Positions 63,199 through 64,000 of a DNA stretch of 64,000 nt are shown piece by piece. A model generated the notes under the pieces. It was given only the letters and a program-made list of their open reading frames with translations, made no database searches and was not told the DNA's origin. The position numbers and the translations under genes were made by a program. Every line of letters begins with the position of its first letter. The stretch's first letter is position 1. The stretch comes from Curvularia clavata (Eukaryota). The DNA is taken from the NCBI GenBank assembly GCA_023920165.1, contig CP089275.1:1550001-1614000 (forward strand). Direction: 5' to 3'.

Positions 63199-64000
63199 AC
63201 GGAGATACCCATGCGTAACGATTGGAATACGCTTAATGCTTTGCTTCTTGGCGTCTTGAATTCTAGACTGAAGCCATTCATTGGAAATAAAATCCTAGTT
63301 TCGAAGCGTTCTGCTGTACGTCAATGTATTGAACATTCCCAACTGCTGCCGGCTATGAGGCAGTCCAGACAGCGGTTAATTACCACAATGGGAAAGCTTA
63401 CCGCAACCCAGTAGTGCTCACCTCTTGTGGGAACGGCCCTTCAAACACCTGACCATCATCCACCCGGTATTACGGTGCACCACGAGATGGGCCTGGTTTC
63501 CTCCCCACTCAAGCTTTGCAAGTTCAGTTCACCCCGCCAACCAAGCCTCCCACCATATTCCGTGGGGTCGTACTATTCCAGGAGCTCCCCCTCTCCCGCT
63601 GACCCGGTAATACGCCCCATAACCCGCGCGACTCCAAAATAGGCATTCAGGGCAGGAAGATCTGCACAGACCAGCCCGAATTGCGCCATTGGAGAGTCAC
63701 AAACGAGCGCGATGATTGCAGGGAAATTTGTCCATTCCCAATAGTACAGTTTCTACTTCTGGGATCTACCTAGGTACAAACAATAACTCCGCGGGTCCTG
63801 CCATTTTAATTCAGGCGGAATGCAAAGGGCTCGGGGTATATCTGCACCGAGTGAGGAGAAGAAGAACACCTCTCCAGGCCGTTCTTTGAACTTTGCACGG
63901 AATATATTAAAAAGTATAAAACTGCGACAGTAGTACATAACGATGGACCTGCTTTGGCCAAGACCAATCGTCAGCATCACCAACGGGGGTCCGCAGATTA

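Noticed and set aside
1..64000. tRNA, rRNA, CRISPR arrays, intact transposons
   Set aside because: GTTCGA words (e.g. 54320, 54735, 52928) lack cloverleaf pairing; no repeat-spacer arrays, LTR pairs or transposase/RT ORFs were seen

Overview
Intron-rich eukaryotic DNA from a filamentous ascomycete (short ~48-100 nt GT..AG introns with CTRAC branch sites; probably a Dothideomycete, which is my inference). About 20 protein genes can be supported. In order: a mitochondrial-type acyl-CoA synthetase (partial), a small hypothetical protein, Rab-GAP Mdr1/Gyp2, D-arabinitol dehydrogenase, an inositol 5-phosphatase, a fungal TF-like protein, a 75-codon Cys-rich microprotein alone in an ~8 kb gene desert, Atg15, a DUF6601-like membrane protein head-to-head with a large hydrolase-NACHT-ankyrin NLR-like gene, an SGNH acetylesterase, a TMEM205-like protein, a Zn2Cys6 TF and a GH64 glucanase. 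An accessory-looking 40-55 kb stretch follows (Copia gag relic, orphans, PAF-AH-like lipase, decayed AT-rich coding relic, DUF6590-like gene), then Dbp9, a secreted protein and the urea transporter Dur3. Three observations stand out: (1) the microprotein's UAG is followed by 64 further open, coding-like codons, suggesting readthrough or editing; (2) an intron-split uORF with two possible 3' splice sites lies in the DUR3 leader; (3) the NLR's hydrolase nucleophile (Ser>Cys) and Walker A/B motifs are all altered although the ORF is intact. Family names were recognised from motifs by eye, no database search was run, and exon boundaries are manual.
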